This document shows positions 38,150 through 51,300 of a stretch of 64,000 bases of DNA, piece after piece. The first letter of the stretch is position 1. Each line of letters begins with the position of its first letter. Under the pieces are notes generated by a model, which worked only from the letters and a program-made list of their open reading frames with translations, was not told the origin of the DNA and made no database searches. The position numbers were made by a program, and so were the translations under genes. Source of the DNA: Malacoraja senta (taxonomy: Eukaryota); NCBI GenBank assembly GCA_038087875.1, contig CM075992.1:1986001-2050000 (forward strand), given 5' to 3'.

Positions 38150-38942
38150 CTGAGATAACATTGGTGGCAAAAACGGGAGGGCAGACTATTATCTAAATTG
38201 TGGCCGATTAGGAAATGGGGAGATGCAGCGAGACCTGGGTGTCATGGTACACCAGTCATTGAAAGTAGGCATGCAGGTGCAGCAGGCAGTGAAGAAGGCG
38301 AATGGTATGTTAGCATTCATAGCAAGAGGATTTGAGTATAGGAGCAGGGAGGTTCTACTGCAGTTGTACAGGGTCTTGGTGAGACCACACCTGGAGTATT
38401 GCGTACAGTTTTGGTCTCCAAATCTGAGGAAGGACATTATAGCCATAGAGGGAGTGTAGAGAAGGTTCACCAGACTGATTCCTGGGATGTCAGGACTTTC
38501 ATATGAAGAAAGACTTGGCTTATACTCGCTAGAATTTAGGAGATTGAGAGGGGATCTTATAGAAACGTACAAAATTCTTATGGGGTTGGACAGGCTAGAT
38601 GCAGGAAGATTGTTCCCGATGTTGGGGAAGTCCAGGACAAGGGGTCACAGCTTAAGGATAAGGGGGAAATCCTTTAAGACCGAGATGAGGAAACACTTTT
38701 TCACACAGAGAGTGGTGAATCTCTGGAACTCTCTGCCACAGAGGGTAGTTGAGGCCAGTTCATTGGCTATATTTAAGAGGGAGTTAGTTGTGGCCCTTGT
38801 GGCTAAAGGGATCAGGGGGTATGGAGAGAAGGCAAGGATGGGATACTGAGTTGGATGATCAGCCATGATCACATTGAATGGCGGTGCAGGCTCGAAGGGC
38901 CGAATGGCCTACTCCTGCACCTGTTTTCTATGTATCTATGTA
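38150..38942 (+). mobile_element. CR1-type LINE 3' fragment (longest copy, with in-frame stop and small deletion)
   Basis: ORFs 38223-38459 and 38487-38849. Confidence 0.9.
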
Positions 38943-39955
38943 TAACGCAGTTCTACCTGCAGTGGGAAGTGAGGCTGCAGACTGCAAGGTGATGCACGAT
39001 ATACGGAAGATCTAAGTTCTTCCACATCACCAGGTCATTGGTCATTCTGAAATGTAGAGAATTAAACAGACAATTAAACACGGAAAATAACACAAACGGC
39101 ATTCAGATCAATAAGTAATTAAGATAGTATTGATGTTCTTGGCAGTGAGGAGAATGTGGGTTTAAGTGCTTTTGGATATTATACTTCCACTTCGGCAAAT
39201 AGTTAACCAGGGCTCCTAAATAGCACCTCCAACAGTGCAGCGATCTCTCAATCTTCCCCCTCTTACAATGCAGTGCCCTCTTCAACACCGACCCTCTAAA
39301 CGTCCCCTCTGATCCTGCCCCCACCACAGTATTATACATTTTATTCTTGTAAATAATTGATTTAAATTATTTTGGGTTAAAAAAACCCCATAATTCAGCC
39401 CCCCCAACCGTGCAAGGAAGGAACGGCAGATGCTGCTTTACACCGAAGATAGACACACAATGCCGGAGTAACTCAGCGGGACAGGCAGCATCTCTGGAGA
39501 GAAGGGATGGGTGACGTTTTGGGTCGAGACCCTTCTTCAGACTGAGTCCTTCTCTCCAGAGATGCTGCCTGTCCCGCTGAGTTACTCCAGCATTTTGTGT
39601 CTATCCCCCCCAACAGTGCACTGCTCCTTTGACACTGCCTTTTTTTACCTCTGCTACACTTCCTCAATATTTGTCCAGTCACAGTGTAGCACTCGCGACC
39701 TTTGTACAACAGAAGTGTCAGCCTGAATGTTTCTGCTCCAGTGTTGAAATGCATCATCAACTCCAACCTTTCTCAATTCGAAGATAGACACAGAATCCTG
39801 GAGTAACTCAGCAGCGGGACAGGCAGCGTCTCTGGAGAGAAGGGATGGGTGACGTTTCGGGTCGAGACCGTTATTCAGACTCAATTCGAGCTGTCTCTGA
39901 CTTCTTATCTACATGCGTTTAAGAAGGAACTGCAGATGCTGGAAAATCGAAGGTA

Positions 39956-40155
39956 NNNNNNNNNNNNNNNNNNNNNNNNNNNNNNNNNNNNNNNNNNNNN
40001 NNNNNNNNNNNNNNNNNNNNNNNNNNNNNNNNNNNNNNNNNNNNNNNNNNNNNNNNNNNNNNNNNNNNNNNNNNNNNNNNNNNNNNNNNNNNNNNNNNNN
40101 NNNNNNNNNNNNNNNNNNNNNNNNNNNNNNNNNNNNNNNNNNNNNNNNNNNNNNN
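39956..40155. other. Assembly gap (200 N)
   Basis: N run flanked on both sides by Penelope sequence. Confidence 1.
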
Positions 40156-40798
40156 GGAGGCTTGGCGATCGTTTCGCCGAACACCTCCGGTCGGTCCGCA
40201 ATAACCAACCTGAACTCCCGGTGGCTCAGCACTTCAACTCCCCCTCCCATTCCGTATCTGACCTCTCTGTCCTGGGTCTCCTCCATGGCCACAGCGAGCA
40301 ACACCGTAAATTGGAGGAAATGCACCTTATATTACGCTTGGGCAGTCTACATCCTGGGGGCTTGAACATTGAATTCTCCCAATTCTGCTAGCCCTTGCTG
40401 TCCCCTCCCCTTCATCAGCCCTCTGGTTGCCTCCTCCCCTCCCCTAGCCCTCGGGCTCCTCCTCCGCCTTTTTCCTTTTTTTCCTTTCTTCCCCCCACCC
40501 CCTATCAGTCTGAAGAAGGGTTTCGGCCCGAAACGTTACCTATTTCCTTCGCTCCATAGATGCTGCTGCACCCGCTGAGTTTCTCCAGCATTTTTGTGTA
40601 GCTGCTGGAGAAACTCAGCGGGTGCAGCAGCATCTTTGGAGCGAAGGAAATAGGCAACGTTTCGGCTCGAAACCCTTCCGGGTTTCGTCCCGAAACGTTG
40701 CCTATTTCCTTCAGGGTTTCGGCCCGAAACGTTGCCTATTTCCTTCGCTCCATAGATGCTGCTGCACCCGCTGAGTTTCTCCAGCATTTTTGTCTACC
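40156..40798 (+). mobile_element. Penelope-like element 3' fragment (GIY-YIG end plus composite terminal repeat), abutting the gap
   Basis: RLGDRFAEHLRSVRNNQPELPVAQHFN...EFSQFC, near-identical to the 3.8 kb copy. Confidence 0.9.
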
Positions 40799-41899
40799 TC
40801 CTGCCTGCGTTTGGCCCATATCCCTCCAAACCTGTCCTATCCATGTACCTGTCTAACTGTTTCTTAAACGTTGGGATAGTCCTAGCCTCAACTACCTCCT
40901 CTGGCAGCTTGTTCCATACACCCACCACCCTTTGTGTGAAAAAGTTACCCCTCAGATTCCTATTAAATCGTGTCCCCTTCACCTTAAACCTATGTCCTCT
41001 GGTCCTCGATTCCCCTACTCTGGGCAAGAGACTCTGTGCGTCTACCCGATCTCTTCCTCTCATGATTTTATACACAATAGCAGGAGTGACATGTCTCCAG
41101 CTTGTGTGGAGATGTGTGACAGGGCTGAGACTGGCCACAGGCCCAGGATCAGTGGAACTAAGGCCCCAGCAAGCCAGAGCTTGCACTAAGTCTCGAAGTG
41201 TTTACAAATCCCATTTCATTCCGTCCAAACAAGGAGATTACAGCAAACGTCAACTTGGTTGAAATCTGAGATGGGAGAAACCAGGCCGTCAACCATGAAA
41301 GGTGTGCAGGATTCTGACTTTATTTCACACGAGCATTACCGGTAATGGAATCCTTGCACCCACTGTTAATACCAGAACAGCCATTGCCATTTGCAGCCGT
41401 TAATATTGCAGCGATGCCCTTATCAATTCAACGCTTCAGACGTGCATACCGGACCAGACTCTCCAATTATTGCTGTGTTATGAGCAGATTAATATCCATC
41501 AAACGTCATCCCAAGAACAGCTCAGTGACCTCTGCAACCTTTCGAGCAGAGAGCCATTTTAATTGCCCAAGGGGGGTCTGGTTTTACTGGCATGCATGGT
41601 GCCAATTACCGAATGACTGAGAGAGTGTGTGGAATAGCAAGCCTGTAACGTTCTAGTTGCCCACCGCCAGATGGAGGAGCGACTTGTTGTCGTTGGAGAT
41701 CAGCGAATCACGCTGACGTCCCGCCCGCAGTCCAAATATCTTGCGCGTCACGTATATTTAATTCAGGAAGTCACCACCTTCAGTAAGGCCTTCAACAGTT
41801 ACGGGGAAAAGGCTGGGTGAATGGGGTTGAGGGGTAGGGGGGGGGATTAGATCAGCCATGATTGAATGGCGGAGCAGACTCAGTGGGTAGAAAGGCCTA

Positions 41900-42550
41900 A
41901 GGTACAGCAGGCAATGAAGAAAGCTAATGGCATGTTGGCCTTCATAACAAGAAGAGTTGAGTATAGGAGCAAAGAGGTCCTTCTACAGTTGTACAGGGCC
42001 CTCCCTAGTGAGACCACACCTGGAATATTGTGTGCAGTTTCGGTCTCCAACTTTGAGGAAGGACATTCTTGCTATTGAGGGAGTGCAGCGTAGGATCACC
42101 AGGTTAATTCCCGGGATGGCGGGACTGTCATATATTAATAGAATGGAGCGGCTGGGCTTGTACACTCTGGAATTTAGAAGGATGAGAGGGCATCTTATTG
42201 AAACATATAAGATTATTAAGGGATTGGACACGCTAGAGGCAGGAAACATGTTCCCGATGTTGGGGGAGTCCAGAACCAGGGGCCACGGTTGAAGAATAAG
42301 GGGTAGGCCATTTAGAACGGAGATGAGGAAAAACGTTTTCACCCAGAGTTGTGAATTTGTGGCAGTGGAGGCCAATTCTCTGGATGCTTTCAAGTGATTT
42401 AGACAGGGCTCTTAAAGATAGCGGAGTCAAGGGATATGGGGAGAAGGCAGGAATGGGGTACTGATTGTGGATGATCAGCCATGATCACATTGAATGGCGG
42501 TGCTGGCTCGAAGGGCTGAATGGCCTACTCCTGCACCTATTGTCCATTGT
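41900..42550 (+). mobile_element. CR1-type LINE 3' fragment (second subfamily)
   Basis: VRPHLEYCVQF...GLDTLEAGNMFPMLGESRTRGH; related copies at ~12815-13187, 50210-50575(-), 51828-52130. Confidence 0.85.
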
Positions 42551-43556
42551 CACATTCTGCTCTGATGGTTACCTCTTTGGACCAGGAAGGAGGTTGGTTT
42601 CAGGCAATCAGTATGCTGGGAGTGCCTGGATCACCTTTATGCTGAAACTCCCTCTTAGTTTAGTTTAGTCTAAGATGCAGCATGGAAACAGGCCCTTCAG
42701 CCCACCAAGTCCACGCTGACCATCCAAACACCTGTTCACACTTCAATGCTTCAATGTTCTCCAGGCTTTCACCATTCAATGGTAGTACTTCCGGCAAAGA
42801 GTTAAAAACCAACATGGTTCCTCCTTTTCAGAAGGGGAAACACTGCCTGTGTGACTGTACGCAGTTAGTGGAGAGGCACCCTGAGCAGTGTTGTGGAACA
42901 GAGAGCTCCAGGGGGGTCGAGGACTAGAGGACATAGGTTCAAGGTGAAGGGGAAAATATTTAATAGGAATCTGAGGGGTAACTTTTTCACACAAAGGGTG
43001 GTGGGTGAATGGAACAAGCTGCCGGAGGAGGTAGTTGAGGCTGGGACTATCCCAACGTTTAAGAAACAGTTGGACAGGTACACAGGTTTGGAGGGATATA
43101 GAGGAGCCAAATGAAGGCAGGTGGGACTAGTGTAGCTGGGACATGTTGGCCGGTGTGGGCAAGTTGGGCCGAAGGGCCTGTTTCCACGCTGTATCACTCT
43201 ACGATTCTCTATAACTCTATCCCATTTTCACATCCACTCCCAACACTCCAGAGGCAATTTACAGAGGGCCAATTAACCGACAAACCCACTCGAATTCAGG
43301 TTGTGGGAGGAAACCCACGCAAAGGTGCAAACTCCACGCAGACAGCACCCGAGGTCGGGATGGAACCCGGGTCTCCGGCGCTGGGGGGGGGGGCAGCGGC
43401 TCTACCAGCTGTGTGCACCGGCTGGGTCTGTGTGGGGGGGGGTTTTGGGGGAGGGGAATGTCTGGTTAACCCAGCGGTGGGGCTGGTGAATCCAGGCCCC
43501 CAGCACTGGCAACAGCAGCTGGAGATCAGGGTGCTGGCTTCCCTCCAGGGTTAAAC

Positions 43557-43577
43557 CCTGCAGATGGCGCGGTAAAC
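43557..43577 (+). promoter_or_regulatory. Candidate CTCF motif with adjacent forkhead site
   Basis: CCTGCAGATGGCGC followed by GTAAACA, ~1.5 kb upstream of the PDE4-like exon. Confidence 0.35.
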
Positions 43578-45076
43578 AAGTCCCAGACTCTGTGTCCTTG
43601 ACCCCAGCCTCCCTGTCTGTGCTGCCACCAGTGAACAGGAACCCTCCGTCTTGGAGCCACGTTTAACTCTTCCACCACAGGAATAGAAGCCAGTTCCACG
43701 GTGGAAATGCAACAGGACACCTGATCGTTGCCTGCGCCCGCTGCTACTGATGAATCCCAAGTCCCTCGCTGTCAGAATGTCATGTGGGAGGAAACTACAC
43801 AAACCAGAAACACGAAGGAATCTTGCTTGAAAGCCTCAAAGAGGGCTTGCCCACAAAGAGTTAAATTGCAGCTGTTTCCTTTCCAAATCAGATACGCTGT
43901 CATGCCCTCCAACTTTGTTTGTTCACTTGAATCTTTCAGGTTTTTAGTTTTGATGCAGAGGTTTGAGCCTTTGAGCAAAGCTAATGAGTGATTGGGGAGT
44001 GGGTGGGTGCAGGGAAGACTCTGAGTGGAGATGAGCGCGCTGTGTTGTCGACTTTAAGAGCTGGAGCCGTCGGCATCAAAGGGGAAGTTTCACTTCCTGG
44101 TGTTCCTGAACTCACACAGTTCACGGATTGCAAAGGGGGGTGGGTGGTGGTTGGGTGAGAGAGGGAAGTGGGTATTTCTCCTAAGTCAGATTGCCAGAGA
44201 GGCAGAGACCTGGGGAGCAAAGGCTGGCCGTGGCGTCTTGCGAGTCCCGCCACCGACTAAAGATTATGCAGAGTGTGTCCGACCAAGAAGGGTCTCGACC
44301 AGAAACTTCTCTCCAGAGATGCAGCCTGACCCGGCTGAGTTACTCCAGCAGTTTGTGTCGACAGCGTCCCGTCACCCTGAAGTAGCAAGCACCTGGGAAG
44401 TTGGGCAGGAAACTCTCCCCCCTCCTGTCTGTGGTCGAGCCGATGCCACTCGGATTCTGCGGAGCTCGCAAGTGACAATCTTGAAGTCACTCAGAGGGAC
44501 AAATGTTTCACTGCACAGATCGGTTGCTGTTCAAATGGCATATCATGGCCCGACAGGGTGCGAGTGTGGAATTGTGACATTTTGGAGCTAAAAAACAGGT
44601 TTCTTTCTTTTTAGTTGAGTTCAGTTTAGTTTGTGGTGACGTGTAGCGAGGCACAGTGAAAAGGCTTCTGTTGCGGAGAGGCAACACATCATTGCAATCG
44701 GGCCATTGTTGGATTGCAAATTTGACAAACTTAGACATCTGTCGAAGAGAGGGGGAGAGAGAGGGGAAGATTCTACAGTTTCCAAAGAACTTCAGATGCT
44801 AAAGTTAAATACTTCTGATTCTGATTCTCAAACGACGGTAACATGGGAAGGACGTGAGTTACGACCCTCCCCCTGCATCGAAAGTGGCTGTCCCGTATAA
44901 ACACTGCGCTGGAGAAGGGTCTCGACCCGAAACGTCACCCGTTCCTTCTCTCCAGAGATGCTGCCTGTCCCGCTGAGTTACTCCAGCGTTTTGTGTCTGT
45001 CTTCGGTGTAAAGCAGCATCTGCGGTTCCATATCCGTATCCCACCGCGTGTTGGGAGCAGGCCCCCCCGTTGGAGA

Positions 45077-45474
<398 letters not shown>

Positions 45475-46047
45475 GTAAGGATCTCACGCATTGGCCGCCC
45501 GCCGGGCCTGAGCATCGAGACTGGCTTTGTTTTTATTGCCCCCTCCACACTCCCAAAGCTGCTGGTGAAGATGGATCAGTCTTTACTGTCCCCACCCCAT
45601 TGAGTCATTCTGCATATTGTGTCGTGCTGCAGCTAGTAAGAATGTCATTGTTCTATCTGGGACACATGACAATGAAACTCTCTTGACTCTAGAGTGAAGA
45701 GAATCAAGGGATATGGGGGAAATAGCAGGAACGGGGTACTGATTGTGGATGATCAGCCATGATCATATTGAATGGTGGTGTGGGGAGGGTGGTGGGTGGG
45801 CGGGTGCAGTGGGACTTAGTATTGACGGAGGGTGAAGGGGGTCAGGTCTGGGTAATGGGGGGGGGGGGGGATCCAGCCATGAGTGGAGAGATGCTTCATC
45901 AGCCAATGTGATGGAATTTGCTGCTATTGTGATTCTTGCTCAGGTGTCCAGGGCAGTGGCCGCGCTACCTTGGGAACCCGGACATCAGCAAACAGACGGC
46001 CAGCAGTCATTGTCAAATCACTGTGCTGCTCACTAGTAATCGGGACT

Positions 46048-47545
46048 CTCACACTCACCCCCACACCACACACACTCAGCTCACACTCACCCCCACACCA
46101 CACACTCAGCTCACACTCACCCCCACACCACACACACTCAGCTCACACTCACCCCCACACCACACACTCAGCTCACACTCACCCCCACACCACACACACT
46201 CAGCTCACACTCACCCCCACACCACACACACTCAGCTCACACTCACCCCACATCACACTCACACTCAGCTCACACTCACCCCCACACCACACACACTCTG
46301 CTCACACTCACCCCCACACCACACACACTCAGCTCACACTCACCCCACATCACACTCACACTCAGCTCACACTCACCCCCACACCACACACACTCCGCTC
46401 ACACTCACCCCCCACCACACACACTCAGCTCACACTCACCCCCACACCACACACACTCAGCTCACACTCACCCCCACACCACACACACTCAGCTCACACT
46501 CACCCCCACACCACACACACTCAGCTCACACTCACCCCCACACCACACACACTCAGCTCACACTCACCCCCACACCACACACACTCAGCTCACACTCACC
46601 CCCACACCACACACGCTCAGCTCACACTCACCCCACATCACACTCACACTCAGCTCACACTCACCCCCCACACCACACACGCTCAGCTCACACTCACCCC
46701 ACATCACACTCACACTCAGCTCACACTCACCCCCACACCACACACACACACTCAGCTCACAGTCATCCCCCACCACACACACTCCGCTCACACTCACCCC
46801 CATCACACACACTCATCTCACACTCACCCCACATCACACACACTCCGATCACACTCACCCCCCACCACACACACCTAGCTCACACTCACCCCCACATCGC
46901 ACTCACACTTAGCTCACACTCACTCCCACACCACACACCACTCCGCTCACACTCACCCCACATCACACTCACACTCCGCTCACACTCACCCACACCACAC
47001 ACACTCCGCTCACACTCACCCCCACACCACACACACTCAGCTCACACTCACCCCCACACCACACACGCTCAGCTCACACTCACCCCACATCACACTCACA
47101 CTCAGCTCACACTCACCCCCCACCACACACACTCAGCTCACACTCACCCCCACACCACACACACTCCGCTCACACTCACCCCCACACCACACACACTCCG
47201 CTCACACTCACCCCCACATCACACTCACACTCAGCTCACACTCACCCCCACACCACACACACTCACCCCACATCACACTCACACTCCGCTCACACTCACC
47301 CCACATCACACACACTCAGCTCACACTCACCCCACATCACACACACTCAGCTCACACTCACCCCACATCACACACACTCAGCTCACACTCACCCCCACAT
47401 CACACTCACTCAGCTCACAATCACCCCCCACATCACACTCACTCAGCTCACAATCAACCCCACATGACGTACATTCACCTCACACCTCAATTCACACTCA
47501 CCTCACACTCACCCCCAGTGTAACACTCACTCTCACGCTCGCCAC
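46048..47545. repeat. CA-rich minisatellite, ~30-35-bp unit (CACACACTCAGCTCACACTCACCCCCACAC)
   Basis: Direct inspection. Confidence 0.95.
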
Positions 47546-47654
47546 CACATAACACTGGAAATGGCAGAGTAGACCTGATGGGCCAAACGGCCTCATTCTG
47601 CTCCAAGACATGAACTTATAAACCGCATCCTCACATTCCCTTCCATACTGGGAC

Positions 47655-48236
47655 TCACCCCCCTCACATAGACCCTCACACAGACCCTCACCCCCCTCAC
47701 ACAGACCCTCACACAGTCCCTCATACAGACCCTCACACAGTCCCTCACACAGACCCTCACCCCCTCACACAGACCCTCACACAGACCCTCACACAGTCCC
47801 TCACCCTCACACAGTCCCTCACACAGTCCCTCATACAGACCCTCACACAGTCCCTCACCCTCACACAGACCCTCACACAGACCCACACACAGACCCTCAC
47901 ACAGACCCTCACACAGTCCCTCACCCTCACACAGACCCTCACCCCCCCTCACACAGACCCACACACAGTCCCTCACACAGTCCCTCACACAGACCCTCAC
48001 ACAGACCCTCACACAGTCCCTCACACAGACCCACACACAGTCCCTCACACAGTCCCTCACACAGACCCTCACACAGTCCCTCACACAGACCCACACACAG
48101 TCCCTCACACAGTCCCTCACACAGACCCTCACACAGACCCTCACACAGACCCTCACACAGACCCTCACACAGACCCTCACCCCACACACACAGACCCTCA
48201 CACAGTCCCTCACCCCCCACACACAGACCCTCACAC
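47655..48236. repeat. 12-bp tandem repeat CCTCACACAG(A/T)C
   Basis: Direct inspection. Confidence 0.95.
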
Positions 48237-50769
48237 TGCCCCTTCTGTTCACCATTCCACAGACTCTCACGGATGTTCCCCCATAAGGACTTTGCATAAA
48301 ACACTAACACCGGCCCAAACATGAAGCATCACAAACCTCCTGCCACCATCCTATAAACAGGTGACTATTGTGACCCTCCAACCTGAGACTGATACCTCCT
48401 TCTAACCTTCTAACAAAATATATATTGACTTTAAAGTTGAGTCTGACGATTTGAAAGGTTCTGATCTTTGAAGCCAGGTTGTGAATGTTTGATATTTGCA
48501 GCCCTGTAAGTCCAGGACAAGCGCTTTACATGTTCGACAGACTGTGGCATTTATAGACACAAGAGACTGGATTCTTGTGGTGAAGGATTGTGGTGGGTCA
48601 GGAAGCATCTGTGGTGGTTCTGGCACAAAACATCATCTGTACATTCCCCTCCCCCGCTGTTCCTCCAGTCTGAAGAAAGGTCCCAACACCAAAAATCACC
48701 CATCCGTGCTCTCCACAGCTGCTGCCTGGCCCAGCCGAGTTCCTCCGATAGCCAGCAGTCTGAAGAAGGGTCCCGACCTTGAAACCGTCCCTACCCATGT
48801 TCTCCACAGATGCTGCTTAATCCGAAGATAGACACAAAAAGCTGGAGTAACTCAGCGGGTCAGGCAGCTTCTCTGGAGAGAAGGAATAGGTGACCTTTCG
48901 GGTCGAGAGACCCTTCTGCAGACTGAGAGTCGGGGAAAACGGACACGAGAGATATAGACGGTGATATACGGGATACTGAGTTGGATGATCAGCCATGAAC
49001 ATATTGAATGGCGGTGCAGGCTCGAAGGGCTGAATGGCCTACTCCTGCACCTATTTTCTATGTATCTATGTATCTATGATATTCCCTGACTCTCAGTCTG
49101 AAGAAGGGTCTCGACCCGAAACGTCACCCGTTCCTTCTCTCCAGAGATGCTGCCTGTCCCGCTGAGTTACTCCAGCTTTTGTGTTTACCTTTAATTTAAA
49201 CCAGTATCTGCAGTTTCTTCCTACACATGCTGTTCAATCCACTGAGTCACTCCAGCACTTAGTGCCTTTAATTTTGTTATCCAGCTCCTGGAGTTCTTTG
49301 CATCTCCTCCAATAATCCATTTGCTGTGTAGGAAGGAACTGCAGATGCTGGTTTAAACAGAAGATAGACACAAAAAGCTGGAGTAACTCGGCAGGACAGG
49401 CGGCATCTTTGTGGTGAAGGAATGGGTGACCTTTCGGGTCGAGAGACCCTTCTGCAGACTGAGAGTCGGGGAAAACGGACACGAGAGATATAGACGGTGA
49501 TATACCCTGACTCTCTGAGAGTCAAGGTGTACCATTCCTACCCTGAGAGAAGGAATGGGTGACGTTCGGGTTGGTTGAGACTATTTTCTGTGGCATTTCG
49601 ACCATTCCCAACAGCAGAGGGCAGTATAAGATAAGGTTTCCAAACACCTGTAACCACTGCTCCTGTAGGAAATACCTCAGAAACCATAACGCCACTGGGC
49701 ATTGTTTTATGGAGATGTTTGAAGGCAAAAATGTAATCAAGGCAGCTGTCAATGCTTTTAATCACAAGGTATGATTCATGTTCTAAGTCCAGCTGTGAAG
49801 CTGCTAATGGCTTTGTGAGGTATTAGAGAATGGTTTACGAGTTCAATGCAACCACTGTGACATCTACAAACAACAGCACCAGTTGGCATTGCTGTGCTCA
49901 AACATCTGGCGTCGTCTTGCCCAGAAATTCTCCAGACAGTACAACGCAGGAACTCCTCTCTCCAACCTCCCACCTCCCACCTACCCCTCCTGGCTGCTCC
50001 AACTCCCCCATTGACCTCCCACCGCCAGACTCAGGAACAGCTTCAGCTATTAGGGAACTTGATGAGTTCAGTCGTCTGTGACTATCCTTGATCAGACTTT
50101 ACTGGCTTTACCTGGCACTCAACGTTACTCCCTTTATCATGTATCTGTACACTGTGAATGGCTCGATTCTAATCATGTATTGTCTTACTGCTGATTTGTT
50201 AGCAGGCAATAGACAATAGACGCAGGAGTAGGCCATTCGGCCCTTCGAGCCAGCACCGCCATTCAATGTGATCATGGCTGATCATCCCCAATCAGTACCC
50301 CGTTCCTGCCTTCTCCCCATATCCCCTGACTCCGCTATCTTTAAGAGCCCTATCTAGCTCTCTTGAAAGCATCCAGAGAACCGGCCTCCACCGCCCTCTG
50401 AGGCAGAGAATTCCACAGACTCACCACTCTCTGTGAGAAAAAGTGTTTCGTTTCCTCGTCTCCGTTCTAAATGGCTTACCCCTTATTCTTAAACTGTGGC
50501 CCCTGGTTCTGGACTCCCCCAACATCGGGAACATGTTTCCAGCCTCTAGCGTGTCCAAGCGCTTAACAATTTGATATTTCTATACAGGCAACCAAAGCTT
50601 TTCACTGTACCTCGGTACACGTGACAATAAACTAAAGTGAACTGAAATTAAACTGAACTGAGTCTGATAAAGAGCCACGACCAGCAACGCCACCTATCCA
50701 TGTTCTCCAGACTTACTGCCTGACCCGCTGAATTGCTCCAACACTTTGTGTCCTTTCAGGAACAACTTA

Positions 50770-51300
50770 GAAACATAGAAACATAGAAATTAGGTGCAGG
50801 AGTAGGCCATTCGGCCCTTCGAGCCTGCACCGCCATTCAATATGATCATGGCTGATCATCCAACTCAGTATCCCGTACCTGCCTTCTCTCCATACCCTCT
50901 GATCCCTTTAGCCACAAGGGCCACATCTAGCTCCCTCTTAAATATAGCCAATGAACTGTCCTCGACTACCCTCTGTGGCAGAGAGTTCCAGAGATTCACC
51001 ACTCTCTGTGTGAAAAAAGTTCTTCTCATCTCGGTTTTAAAGGATTTCCCCCTTATCCTTAAGCTGTGACCCCTTGTCCTGGACTTCCCCAACATCGGGA
51101 GCAATCTTCCTGCATCTAGCCTGTCCAACCCCTTAAGAATTTTGTACGTTTCTATAAGATCCCCCCTCAATCTCCTAAATTCTAGCGAGTATAAACCAAG
51201 TCTATCCAGTCTTTCTTCATAAGACAGTCCTGACATCCCAGGAATCAGTCTGGTGAACCTTCTCTGCACTCCCTCTATGGCTATAATGTCCTTCCTCAGA
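50770..51300 (-). mobile_element. Young CR1-type LINE 3' fragment
   Basis: ORF 50865-51311. Confidence 0.9.

Noticed and set aside
39849..40391. ORFs spanning the N run
   Set aside because: Assembly gap artefacts
45883..48322. 538-aa, 331-aa and CEGL-repeat ORFs
   Set aside because: Stop-free minisatellites; no coding features
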